Below, piece after piece: positions 19,118 through 27,352 of a stretch of DNA of 34,633 nucleotides. The notes below the pieces were generated by a model. The model ran no database searches, was not told where the DNA came from, and worked only from the letters and a program-made list of their open reading frames with translations. Position 1 is the first letter of the stretch, and each line of letters opens with the position of its first letter. The stretch is from an uncultured Mycoplasma sp. (GTDB lineage Bacteria; Bacillota_I; Bacilli_A; RF39; UBA660): assembly GCA_964499645.1 (NCBI GenBank), contig CAZCLV010000002.1, positions 1 through 34,633 of the forward strand. Direction: 5' to 3'. The translations under genes were made by a program, and so were the position numbers.

Positions 19118-21250
19118 CTACTCTCCTCCAAAATCCCTAATTTTATCTGTAATATTTTCACAAATAACTTTATCATATAGTTCTTTTGGTATTTGTGAAA
19201 GGTCATTTTCTTTATTAGTACTATCAACAAATATATAATCTGTTATATATAAATCTTTACGATATTCTTTTGGTACTTCAATATTTGTATTTAATACTAA
19301 TGCAAATTTATATCCAACTTTTTTATATTTTTTTATATTTTGTAAATTTTTTAATAAGTCTTTTAATGTAATTAATATAATAACATTATTTTTTGCATAA
19401 ATATTTTCTATAGTTTTTAATAAACTTTCTAATTTCTTTGTTTTTGTATATATACTTGTTGGAATATATACAAAATATTTTCTATCAAAGTTAGATAAGT
19501 TCATATCATTTATTAATTGAATAGATAATAATGTAGTTAATACTGTCATCTTATCTTCTGCTACTATTCCTTCATTATAGGTTTTATCAATAATGTAATC
19601 ACTGTAGACTTTGCTAAATGAAAGGTTATGTTCTAAATCTACTGCAAACATATCTTTTTTTGGTAACTCAATTAGATTTAAATTAAACATATTTGTTTCT
19701 AATTTTTTTAATAAATAATCTGTCACTTCAAAATAGTGCTTTTGTATTTTCATTATTTCATCAACAATATAATTAACTTTTTCTTTATCCCAATCCAGTT
19801 CTTTTGAATATTTTATTAATTCTTTTTTATAAAATTCAAATTTTGCTTTGGCATCAGTAATTGAGCTGTTTCCTTGTTCAATATTTGCAATTAAAATAAA
19901 TATTTTAGCAAACTTTTCAACTTTATCTTTATACTTTTTATCAGATTCTTTATAATTTTTTACTAATTCATCACTTATTTTTTTAATTATTTTTTCAATT
20001 TTTAAAAATAGTTTTTTTACTACAAATTCATTATTCTTATCATAATAAGTATTATAGTATTTAACACTAATATAAGTATTTTTAAATGTGTCTTTTATTG
20101 AAGATTCATTAACCAATAGCTTTTTATTTTCCATTATAGTATTTATTAGTTCTTCTAACTCATCTTCTTTTATTTGAATTACTTTATCAATAATATTTTT
20201 GCTTTTTTTATTTGATTTGCTATTTTTTAGCATTTCTAAATTAATAGTAGATTCTGCTTCAGTAGAAGTTTCTTCTTGTTCTTCTAATATTTCTACTTCT
20301 TCTATATCTTCTTTATCAACTTTTTTAGGACTTTTAATTTCATTTTTTGCTATTTCAAGAAATGTATCATCTATTTCAGATAAATCAACTGGAATAACTC
20401 TATACATAGATGTTTTTTCTAATTCATCCTCAGTAAGTTCTACTTCATTTTCTTCTATTGAATCTACTGATTTGTTTTCATTATTTAAATTATCAATTAA
20501 TTCATCTTTGGCTTTTTTAATAAATTCATTATCCATATCAACTGGAATTGTCCTATAAATAGCAGTTTTTTCTAGTTCTTCATTTTCTTCTTTAACTGGT
20601 GTTTCTATTTTAACTGCAATAACTTCCTCTTTTTTTTGTTCTTCATCATCAAAGAAGTAATTCTTTTTTTGTTTTTTATTTTTAGTTTTATTTTTTGGAA
20701 ATAATTTATCTACATATTTGTTTATTGATAAAAAATAATTTTTTTGATCTTGCTTTTTTCTAAATAATAAATTAAATATAAATAATGTAACAATAAGTGC
20801 TACTAAAACGCTTGGATTAAATAATGTTCTTCGGAATATGCCAAAGTTATGTAGAACTTTTACAACTTTTCCTATAATTTGGTCTTCTGTTATAGGGGCA
20901 TCTTTTGCATTATTAGCATCACCACGTGTTACATATTTCCCTTTATATACTTCTATAATTCTATGTGTTATATAATCTCCATTTAGTTTATAAGTAACAA
21001 CATCATTTAGTTTAGGGTTTGATGTTGATTTTACTATTATCCAATCACCAGCATTTATGGCATCTGCCATACTACCAGTTTGAACTTCAAATATTGAATA
21101 TCCAAAGAAATCAGCATAATCATTATGAAAAATTCTTATTTGAATACTTGTATATATTGAGATTAATAAAATAATACTAAATATAAATATTAATATATTT
21201 AATAAAAAGTTAATAATTTTTTCTATAATATTCTTTTTATTTGACTTCAT
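19118..21250 (-). CDS. SipW-type signal peptidase fused to a cytoplasmic extension of about 545 aa
   Basis: TM1, then the full S26B set VQTGSMADAINAGDWIIV, VVTY, YITHRI, TRGDANNAKD, then TM2 (LVALIVTLFIFNLLF). After TM2 comes a long K/E-rich region and an alpha/beta C-terminal domain. The track start at 21265 is TTG with no RBS. ATG 21250 has GGAAGGG upstream. Confidence 0.8.
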   Translation of the reverse strand: MKSNKKNIIEKIINFLLNILIFIFSIILLISIYTSIQIRIFHNDYADFFGYSIFEVQTGSMADAINAGDWIIVKSTSNPKLNDVVTYKLNGDYITHRIIEVYKGKYVTRGDANNAKDAPITEDQIIGKVVKVLHNFGIFRRTLFNPSVLVALIVTLFIFNLLFRKKQDQKNYFLSINKYVDKLFPKNKTKNKKQKKNYFFDDEEQKKEEVIAVKIETPVKEENEELEKTAIYRTIPVDMDNEFIKKAKDELIDNLNNENKSVDSIEENEVELTEDELEKTSMYRVIPVDLSEIDDTFLEIAKNEIKSPKKVDKEDIEEVEILEEQEETSTEAESTINLEMLKNSKSNKKSKNIIDKVIQIKEDELEELINTIMENKKLLVNESSIKDTFKNTYISVKYYNTYYDKNNEFVVKKLFLKIEKIIKKISDELVKNYKESDKKYKDKVEKFAKIFILIANIEQGNSSITDAKAKFEFYKKELIKYSKELDWDKEKVNYIVDEIMKIQKHYFEVTDYLLKKLETNMFNLNLIELPKKDMFAVDLEHNLSFSKVYSDYIIDKTYNEGIVAEDKMTVLTTLLSIQLINDMNLSNFDRKYFVYIPTSIYTKTKKLESLLKTIENIYAKNNVIILITLKDLLKNLQNIKKYKKVGYKFALVLNTNIEVPKEYRKDLYITDYIFVDSTNKENDLSQIPKELYDKVICENITDKIRDFGGE

Positions 21251-21287
21251 ATTTACCCTTCCCAATCATATCTTTATTCTATTATTA

Positions 21288-21316
21288 ATTTTATCATAAT
21301 AAACGACTATTTACAA
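21288..21316 (-). promoter_or_regulatory. Possible internal sigma-A promoter ahead of the SipW-fusion gene
   Basis: Minus strand: TTGTAA (21316-21311), 17-bp spacer, TGA-TAAAAT (extended -10, hexamer 21293-21288). Confidence 0.35.
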
Positions 21317-21332
21317 CATTATAAAATTTTTT

Positions 21333-21369
21333 TAACAAAAAAAATTAACCCAATTTTTGGATTAATTTT
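21333..21369 (-). terminator. Rho-independent terminator after the inactive SipW-like gene
   Basis: Minus strand AAAATTAATCC / GGGTTAATTTT (one G-U pair), 7-nt loop, followed by TTTTGTT. Lies 12 nt beyond the stop at 21381. Confidence 0.55.
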
Positions 21370-21380
21370 ATTAATTATTT

Positions 21381-21992
21381 CTATTTTAGAAAGTCTTTTT
21401 CGTCTTCTTTTATATTATCTTTTGGTTGATCATTTGAGTCTGCTTTTTGTTTTTTTTCAAATTCTTCTTCATCTTTACTATATTTTATTTCAACTATTAA
21501 CGAATATATTTCATAAATAAAAATCATAAAGCTTGGTACAAGGATCATAAATAAAAAGCCCCATTGTGATTCTACTATTCCTAAATAAGTTCCTATTTTT
21601 TCATATACTTTTGTGGCACTACCTATAATAAATTCTGCATCATAGAATGAACCATTTTCATATGAAAAAGCATTGTCATCAGGAAAAACTTTTCCAACAG
21701 TTCCAAAATCTACTGTTACCTTGCTCTTACTATCTACTTTATAAGCAAACAATTCATCACCAGGATTAATTTCACTTAATTCTTTACTTTTTACTAAAAT
21801 AAGATCTCCTTTTTTATACTTATCAGATGAAACTTCATGTTTTAATATTATTAATGAAGTATCATTTATTTGTGTAACTCCATACTTATTAAAATTCCAT
21901 AGCAATATTGTCATTCCTATTGCAAATGAAAAGAATGCTACTGCTAAAATTCCTATAATAATTTTTTTTATTGCCTTACCTATTTTTTTCAT
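21381..21992 (-). CDS. SipW-like pseudo-peptidase (same topology, catalytic Ser/His motifs absent)
   Basis: N- and C-terminal TM segments. Scaffold motifs KKGDLILVKS and PGDELFAY are retained. The position of SGSM reads HEVSSDKY, and there is no THR(I/V) or GD.N..D motif. Confidence 0.5.
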   Translation of the reverse strand: MKKIGKAIKKIIIGILAVAFFSFAIGMTILLWNFNKYGVTQINDTSLIILKHEVSSDKYKKGDLILVKSKELSEINPGDELFAYKVDSKSKVTVDFGTVGKVFPDDNAFSYENGSFYDAEFIIGSATKVYEKIGTYLGIVESQWGFLFMILVPSFMIFIYEIYSLIVEIKYSKDEEEFEKKQKADSNDQPKDNIKEDEKDFLK

Positions 21993-22061
21993 ACTACCAC
22001 CTTATTCATAATATCATACATAATTTTTTATATCAATAATATTGAGAAAAAAAGACTTTAC

Positions 22062-22967
22062 TTAACACCCTGTTGTGTCTGAATATGTAAACTCTGTTAC
22101 ATCATAAACTTCTTCAAAGTTTATTTTATAGAACATGTAACTAATACTTTTTTTAGGATTAATACTTAATGTTATTTCTTTTATATATCCATCTTCATCT
22201 TCTATATATGAATTAAATTGATTACTTTTTGTGTCAATTTTGAATTTACTTGAATCCCAAGCTATTTTTATACATTTTGCAGTTTTATAGGAATTTGATA
22301 TTACTAATTCTCCATATTCTGAATTATCTTTATAGAATAAATTAACTTTTTCTTCTTTTGAATTAATTTTATGAAGCAAAAAGTTTCCACTTAGTGTTTT
22401 ATGATATGGTGCTGTAGTATTTACTTCAATATTTATGGTTAAATCCTTTATTTCATAGTTTTCATCAGTCAAAACAATATCAAAATGTAAATCATTTACT
22501 GATACCTGACTTATATAATCATATTGATTTGTCTCACATTCGTTTTTATCCATTTTAGATGTATCCACACCATCATTAGTATTATTAATACATATTTTTT
22601 TACTTAATAGCACTCCTTCATATTGATTTGTTCCTGTATCAAATAAATTACATGTCGTATGATTTGCAGCTTCTCCATTTATTGTACAAGTAACATTATA
22701 ATTAATATCATAATCACTTATTACAGTAGGATTTAAGCTATTATTTATGCTAAAATTAACACTACCACCATTCCATAAGTTATTAACATTTTTGGTAGTA
22801 CCTATGTTTAACTGTTCACTTGAAAAATAAAAACCTTGAGACTTTAAATAGTAATTCCAAATTGAATTAGATACATATTTTGCATAAGTTATTCCATATC
22901 CTATTACTAGTGCAATAGCAATAACTAATCCTGCTAAAAGTATATATCTTTTAGTCCTTTTTCTCAT
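22062..22967 (-). CDS. Secreted TasA/camelysin-class protein (small-class signal motif), Cys-containing
   Basis: MRKRTKRYILLAGLVIAIALVIGYGITYAKYVSNS is a basic N-region, H-region and SipW-type motif. Start moved from 22997 to ATG 22967, which has a GGTGAT-N3 RBS that overlaps the TAG stop of the upstream gene. Confidence 0.6.
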   Translation of the reverse strand: MRKRTKRYILLAGLVIAIALVIGYGITYAKYVSNSIWNYYLKSQGFYFSSEQLNIGTTKNVNNLWNGGSVNFSINNSLNPTVISDYDINYNVTCTINGEAANHTTCNLFDTGTNQYEGVLLSKKICINNTNDGVDTSKMDKNECETNQYDYISQVSVNDLHFDIVLTDENYEIKDLTINIEVNTTAPYHKTLSGNFLLHKINSKEEKVNLFYKDNSEYGELVISNSYKTAKCIKIAWDSSKFKIDTKSNQFNSYIEDEDGYIKEITLSINPKKSISYMFYKINFEEVYDVTEFTYSDTTGC

Positions 22968-22975
22968 AAAATCAC

Positions 22976-23521
22976 CTATTTTCCTATATTTTGCCAACTC
23001 TTTATTTCTATATTAATGTAATCTACTAAATTAGAATATAAATCACTTGAATATTCACTATCAAATTCAACTTTTAGTTTATAATTATCAAGTTCTTGAT
23101 CAGAGTATCCCATTTCTAAAATTGGAGAATTGCACACTAATTCATTTTCAGAATTGCGTGTATATGTTTCATCACAAGTCATAATTAAATCTTCCTCGTT
23201 TCCATCTATATAATATAGTCTAATTATTAAGGGTACAAAATGATATGTTTTAATCGTCATTTGATATTTTACTGAAACATTACTTACGGTACCAGAAATA
23301 TTATTACTTACAGAAAATGGGTATTCTTTTTGTACCCCTGGCGTTAAATCTACCAACGAGAAATGAAGTTGATCTAACTTCTTTGCATCAAATATGAATT
23401 TGGCAATATTTTGATTTGCAGACATATTGCTAGAACTTGTAAAAAGGGAATATGTTATTCCAAAACCAAATATTAAAAATACTAATACTATTAAAATAAT
23501 TAAAATTTTTTGTTTTTTCAT
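22976..23521 (-). CDS. Secreted TasA/camelysin-class protein (small class, 181 aa)
   Basis: Signal ...FGFGITYSLFTSSS. Strands EYPFSVSNNISGTVSNVSVKYQ and the terminal YINIEIKSWQ fit the TasA-like pattern. RBS GGGAGGA. Confidence 0.6.
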   Translation of the reverse strand: MKKQKILIILIVLVFLIFGFGITYSLFTSSSNMSANQNIAKFIFDAKKLDQLHFSLVDLTPGVQKEYPFSVSNNISGTVSNVSVKYQMTIKTYHFVPLIIRLYYIDGNEEDLIMTCDETYTRNSENELVCNSPILEMGYSDQELDNYKLKVEFDSEYSSDLYSNLVDYINIEIKSWQNIGK

Positions 23522-23535
23522 ATTATCCTCCCTTT

Positions 23536-26500
23536 TTATTTTACAATAAATAATTTTTCTAATGTTCCTACTTTTTTTGTATCATTATATAATTCAAAGA
23601 CAAATTTATAACCATTGTTCTCAAAATTTTGCGGTATAAGATTTAAACTAAATGTATTTTCACTTCCATCAAAATTAAGATTTGAAATATAATATAAATT
23701 TGTTGAAGATGCTTCTAAATCATCAGAAATATAATTTTTTAAATCTTCTACTGAATAATTTTGATTAAAAGCAGTTAATTGATCTTTTTTATATAAAGAA
23801 ACTCTCAAACTTGGATTTGTAAAATTGCCATCTGCTACTACTTTAAATTGAATATTTTGTTGTTCAGAACTCTTATCTATTATTCTATTTGTATCATCCA
23901 TGCTTATATTAAAACTATGTTCTGTAGTTAAGTATGTGCTTACTATATTAATTGGAATACTTACTTCTACGTCACTTAAATTATCATAATATATACCATC
24001 ATTTGAAACATAGCTTGATATTTTTAAATAGTATAACCCTTCTTTCAAATTTGCATTGTTCTCTTTCGTAATTATTGTAATTGTTTTAGTAGTATCTTCT
24101 ATTCCATTATTTAAATCTATATGAACTTTATTATCATTTTCTGGATAATATTCATTTGTTCCCACTTTTACAATAATATTTTTTAAATAGTCATCATTTA
24201 CTGTTAAACCATGATTATCTACAATTTTTAATACTATTCCAACTTCTTTATTTTCATAAGTTGTATCATTTATTTTTGAATCATTTAAATATTTGTAATT
24301 TATACTACTTGTTATATTTACATTTGTTGTTGAATTACTATTAAATTGAATATTACCACCTACATAATCAGTAGTAATATTTAAAGAAGCCGATGAACTA
24401 TTACCATTAACGGTAGAGTAAATATTAAATGGTTTTATTGTATTATATAATGTTGGTCTTATATTTATATTATTTGAATTATGTAATTCTAAATACATTA
24501 AAACATTTTCATAATTTTTTGTAATATTTGTATTTGATAAATCTACAACAATAGTAAAACTTTCTATAATTGTTCCATTATCATAATAATTGCTTTCTGT
24601 ATAATTTTTTTTTGTTGATCCTGTACCTTTTTCATTAAATAAAGTAAATGGATAAGTTGCTTTTTTTATACAATTTGTATCTTCAATAGAACAACTATTA
24701 TTAAAATTAAATTCATCATTTTCTGTTATTACTTCATATTCATATACTTTTGAGGTAATTTTATCTATTAATGTTAATTTTGTTCCTAATGGCAATAATA
24801 TATTTGAAACAAAATTATGGGTGTTTCCATTAATTTCATCAGAATTTTTTGAATAACTTACATTTAATGTAATAGTGGATTTATTTGTAATATTATTATT
24901 GGCATTCAAATAATTGTTTTCATTTCTACCTATTGTTAGTTTAGTCTCTGTATATCCATCATAAATAATATAATTAGTATTTACAAATGTAACATAATCA
25001 CTATTATCAATTACTTTTGCATAAATTATATATTTTTGATATTGATTTATAACAAATGGGTCAACATAATCTATCCAATTATTATCTGAAAGTTGATTTA
25101 ATGCATTATTACTTAATACTTCAGTAGTAATATAATATCCCACACTCTTTATTCCTGATAAATTATCTTCCGCTTCAATTGTTATTGTTTGAGTTCTATC
25201 TATGTAAGTATAACCCGGTGTTAAACTTAATGTTTGGTATTCCTTATCATTAACTTTTATTGCTATAGAGGCACCTGTTAAGTCTAAAACTAATATATCA
25301 GTATTTAATATTTTTGCTTCATCATTTATATCATTGGTAGCTTTAACTTTTACATAAATAATATAGGACCCTTCATCTGTTATTTGAACTATATCACTAT
25401 ATGGCTCCCAACTAGTTATTCCTTCAATTTCTAAATTTGTTAGTTTTCTATCACTGATATAATACTCTTTTTCTATTAATGGATTTAATGCATCCATTTC
25501 TTCTATACTAAAAGTAATATTATTTTTAAGTTTAACTGTTTTTAGTTCATCACTTAAATTATTCCATGAATATGTTCCTACATGAATACTAGCAATAGGA
25601 TCATTACTATCATCTATAAATAATATTGGTAATGAATTTTCGTCATAAACCCAAACATTATTTTCATTTATTAATAGATCATTAAAACTAACAAATTCAC
25701 TATATAATAAATTACTAGTTACGTAATTTTTTGTTTTTAAATTATTTATTGTAGTAATATTAAATGATTCATTATAAGTTTCATCATCTATTGGATTTAA
25801 GCTTGTTGAATATGTATTGGTAAATGTCACCGCAGTATTTGCTATTACTCCTATAGCGGTGCTATTATTTATATCAAAAACATTATTTATTGAAATAGAG
25901 CCGGTATTATCATTAATTATTCCAATAAAACCGCCAATATAAGAACTATTTATTGTCCCTGTATTATAGCATTTTGATATTAATATATCATCTTCACTTT
26001 TTTCTATTGTTCCTACCAATCCACCACTTGTATGAGAGCTATTTATATTTCCTGTGTTATAACTTTGGTTTATACTTAATAAGTTAGTTGTTGTTCCTAC
26101 TAAACCTCCGCTTATTTTTTGTCCATATATATTAGCTTTATTTATCACATTTTCTAAAAGCGTATTATTGCTTTTTCCTATTATTCCACCTGTAACAGAA
26201 TAATTATATGAAATGTGATATTTTACATTAGTAAAAGTTACTGATGCATTTTCTGATGTTGAAGATGCTAGAATATCAATATCATCAGCAATAGTAGTTC
26301 CTAAATCAATATCAAAACTACCATTTGTAACTACTACTCCATTTATTTCTATTAAAGTGTTTTCATCGGTAGCATTATTTAAAGTATAAGTTCCTGTTAA
26401 TGAAGTGCTTAAAATCTCACTTCCAATAAATGGAATATTATTAGTTAAATTAACATTGCTTGTAGAACTAATTTCATTTAATTCAATTGGTAAAATATTA

Positions 26501-27228
26501 GCAGTTAATTCAATATTTTTTGTGATATTTGTTTTCCCAATTACATATCCCTTAAATAAAGTATTTTTAATATTAGCATTTGTAGTACTTGATGCAATAC
26601 CTCCAGTAATAATTCCACCATTAATAACTGAATTTTCAACATATAAGTCTGTAATTTCACCTTGTAAAGAAGTGAATAAACCTAGTTCTTCTTTTTCCTC
26701 ATCTGTAATATATAATCCAAGTATTCTATATGATCTTCCATCAAATTTTCCTTTAAATCCATTTAAAGTTTGAAATAAGTTTATTGATCCAACTTCTGGT
26801 TCTGTTTTTAAACTATCTGCATAGTATTTTCCAGTATAATCATCAACAAAATATGTTGTGTCATTTAATAAATAAGTTACTTTATCTGTTGCATCATAAG
26901 AGAATACACCATTATTAATGATGATATCATTTCCTAAAACAAAATAATTGTTTTCATAATTATTTTCTTGGAGTTGTTCAGCAAAATATGCAAGTTCTGC
27001 TCCATTTGATATTACATATGGATTATTACTTGCTCCAGTTCCTCTTTTATAGCCAGTAGCAATACTTCCATCCCAAGGTAAAACTGTATCTAATACATTT
27101 CTGTTTTTATATCTTGATAAAGTCGGTATAGCAATTGGCAAAGCACATAATAAAAACAAAGCTATTATTGAATAAGCTATCTTTTGAAATCTTGATAAAT
27201 TGTTAATAAATTTTCTCATTCTTATCAT
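23536..27228 (-). CDS. Giant (1230 aa) surface protein with GLUG-motif repeats and multiple beta-rich domains
   Basis: N-terminal anchor/signal ...ALPIAIPTLSRYKNRN (small-class motif). NPYVISNGAELAYFAEQ precedes repeated G-G-(L/I)-(V/I)-G motifs (TGGIASS, TGGIIGKS, SGGLVGTT, SGGLVGTI, IGGFIGII). About 800 aa of N/T/S-rich beta sequence follow. No C-terminal LPXTG. Confidence 0.7.
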   Translation of the reverse strand: MIRMRKFINNLSRFQKIAYSIIALFLLCALPIAIPTLSRYKNRNVLDTVLPWDGSIATGYKRGTGASNNPYVISNGAELAYFAEQLQENNYENNYFVLGNDIIINNGVFSYDATDKVTYLLNDTTYFVDDYTGKYYADSLKTEPEVGSINLFQTLNGFKGKFDGRSYRILGLYITDEEKEELGLFTSLQGEITDLYVENSVINGGIITGGIASSTTNANIKNTLFKGYVIGKTNITKNIELTANILPIELNEISSTSNVNLTNNIPFIGSEILSTSLTGTYTLNNATDENTLIEINGVVVTNGSFDIDLGTTIADDIDILASSTSENASVTFTNVKYHISYNYSVTGGIIGKSNNTLLENVINKANIYGQKISGGLVGTTTNLLSINQSYNTGNINSSHTSGGLVGTIEKSEDDILISKCYNTGTINSSYIGGFIGIINDNTGSISINNVFDINNSTAIGVIANTAVTFTNTYSTSLNPIDDETYNESFNITTINNLKTKNYVTSNLLYSEFVSFNDLLINENNVWVYDENSLPILFIDDSNDPIASIHVGTYSWNNLSDELKTVKLKNNITFSIEEMDALNPLIEKEYYISDRKLTNLEIEGITSWEPYSDIVQITDEGSYIIYVKVKATNDINDEAKILNTDILVLDLTGASIAIKVNDKEYQTLSLTPGYTYIDRTQTITIEAEDNLSGIKSVGYYITTEVLSNNALNQLSDNNWIDYVDPFVINQYQKYIIYAKVIDNSDYVTFVNTNYIIYDGYTETKLTIGRNENNYLNANNNITNKSTITLNVSYSKNSDEINGNTHNFVSNILLPLGTKLTLIDKITSKVYEYEVITENDEFNFNNSCSIEDTNCIKKATYPFTLFNEKGTGSTKKNYTESNYYDNGTIIESFTIVVDLSNTNITKNYENVLMYLELHNSNNINIRPTLYNTIKPFNIYSTVNGNSSSASLNITTDYVGGNIQFNSNSTTNVNITSSINYKYLNDSKINDTTYENKEVGIVLKIVDNHGLTVNDDYLKNIIVKVGTNEYYPENDNKVHIDLNNGIEDTTKTITIITKENNANLKEGLYYLKISSYVSNDGIYYDNLSDVEVSIPINIVSTYLTTEHSFNISMDDTNRIIDKSSEQQNIQFKVVADGNFTNPSLRVSLYKKDQLTAFNQNYSVEDLKNYISDDLEASSTNLYYISNLNFDGSENTFSLNLIPQNFENNGYKFVFELYNDTKKVGTLEKLFIVK

Positions 27229-27323
27229 ATTTACTTTTCCTTCTTAAACTTTATTATGGCATAACACCCTATCATACTATGAAATTAGTATAACATAATT
27301 TGACATATTTTGCATTATAATTG

Positions 27324-27352
27324 CAAGAAAAAACCTCCTTTTTTGGAAGTTA
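27324..27352 (-). terminator. Terminator/attenuator hairpin overlapping the stop of the 542-aa gene
   Basis: Minus strand AACTTCC / GGAGGTT (one G-U pair), loop AAAAAA, followed by TTTTTCTT. Confidence 0.5.

Noticed and set aside
3635-26773. Other short plus-strand ORFs in the track (e.g. 3635-3826, 5991-6200, 6982-7266, 7297-7512, 8610-8810, 9999-10208, 10965-11222, 12678-12890, 13404-13643, 15433-15864, 17210-17419, 17565-17747, 17943-18218, 18336-18527, 20199-20558, 26405-26773, 27661-27867, 33906-34124)
   Set aside because: All lie antisense within well-supported longer genes. They lack GGTGAT/GGAGG ribosome-binding sites and encode hydrophobic low-complexity peptides typical of antisense frames in AT-rich DNA.
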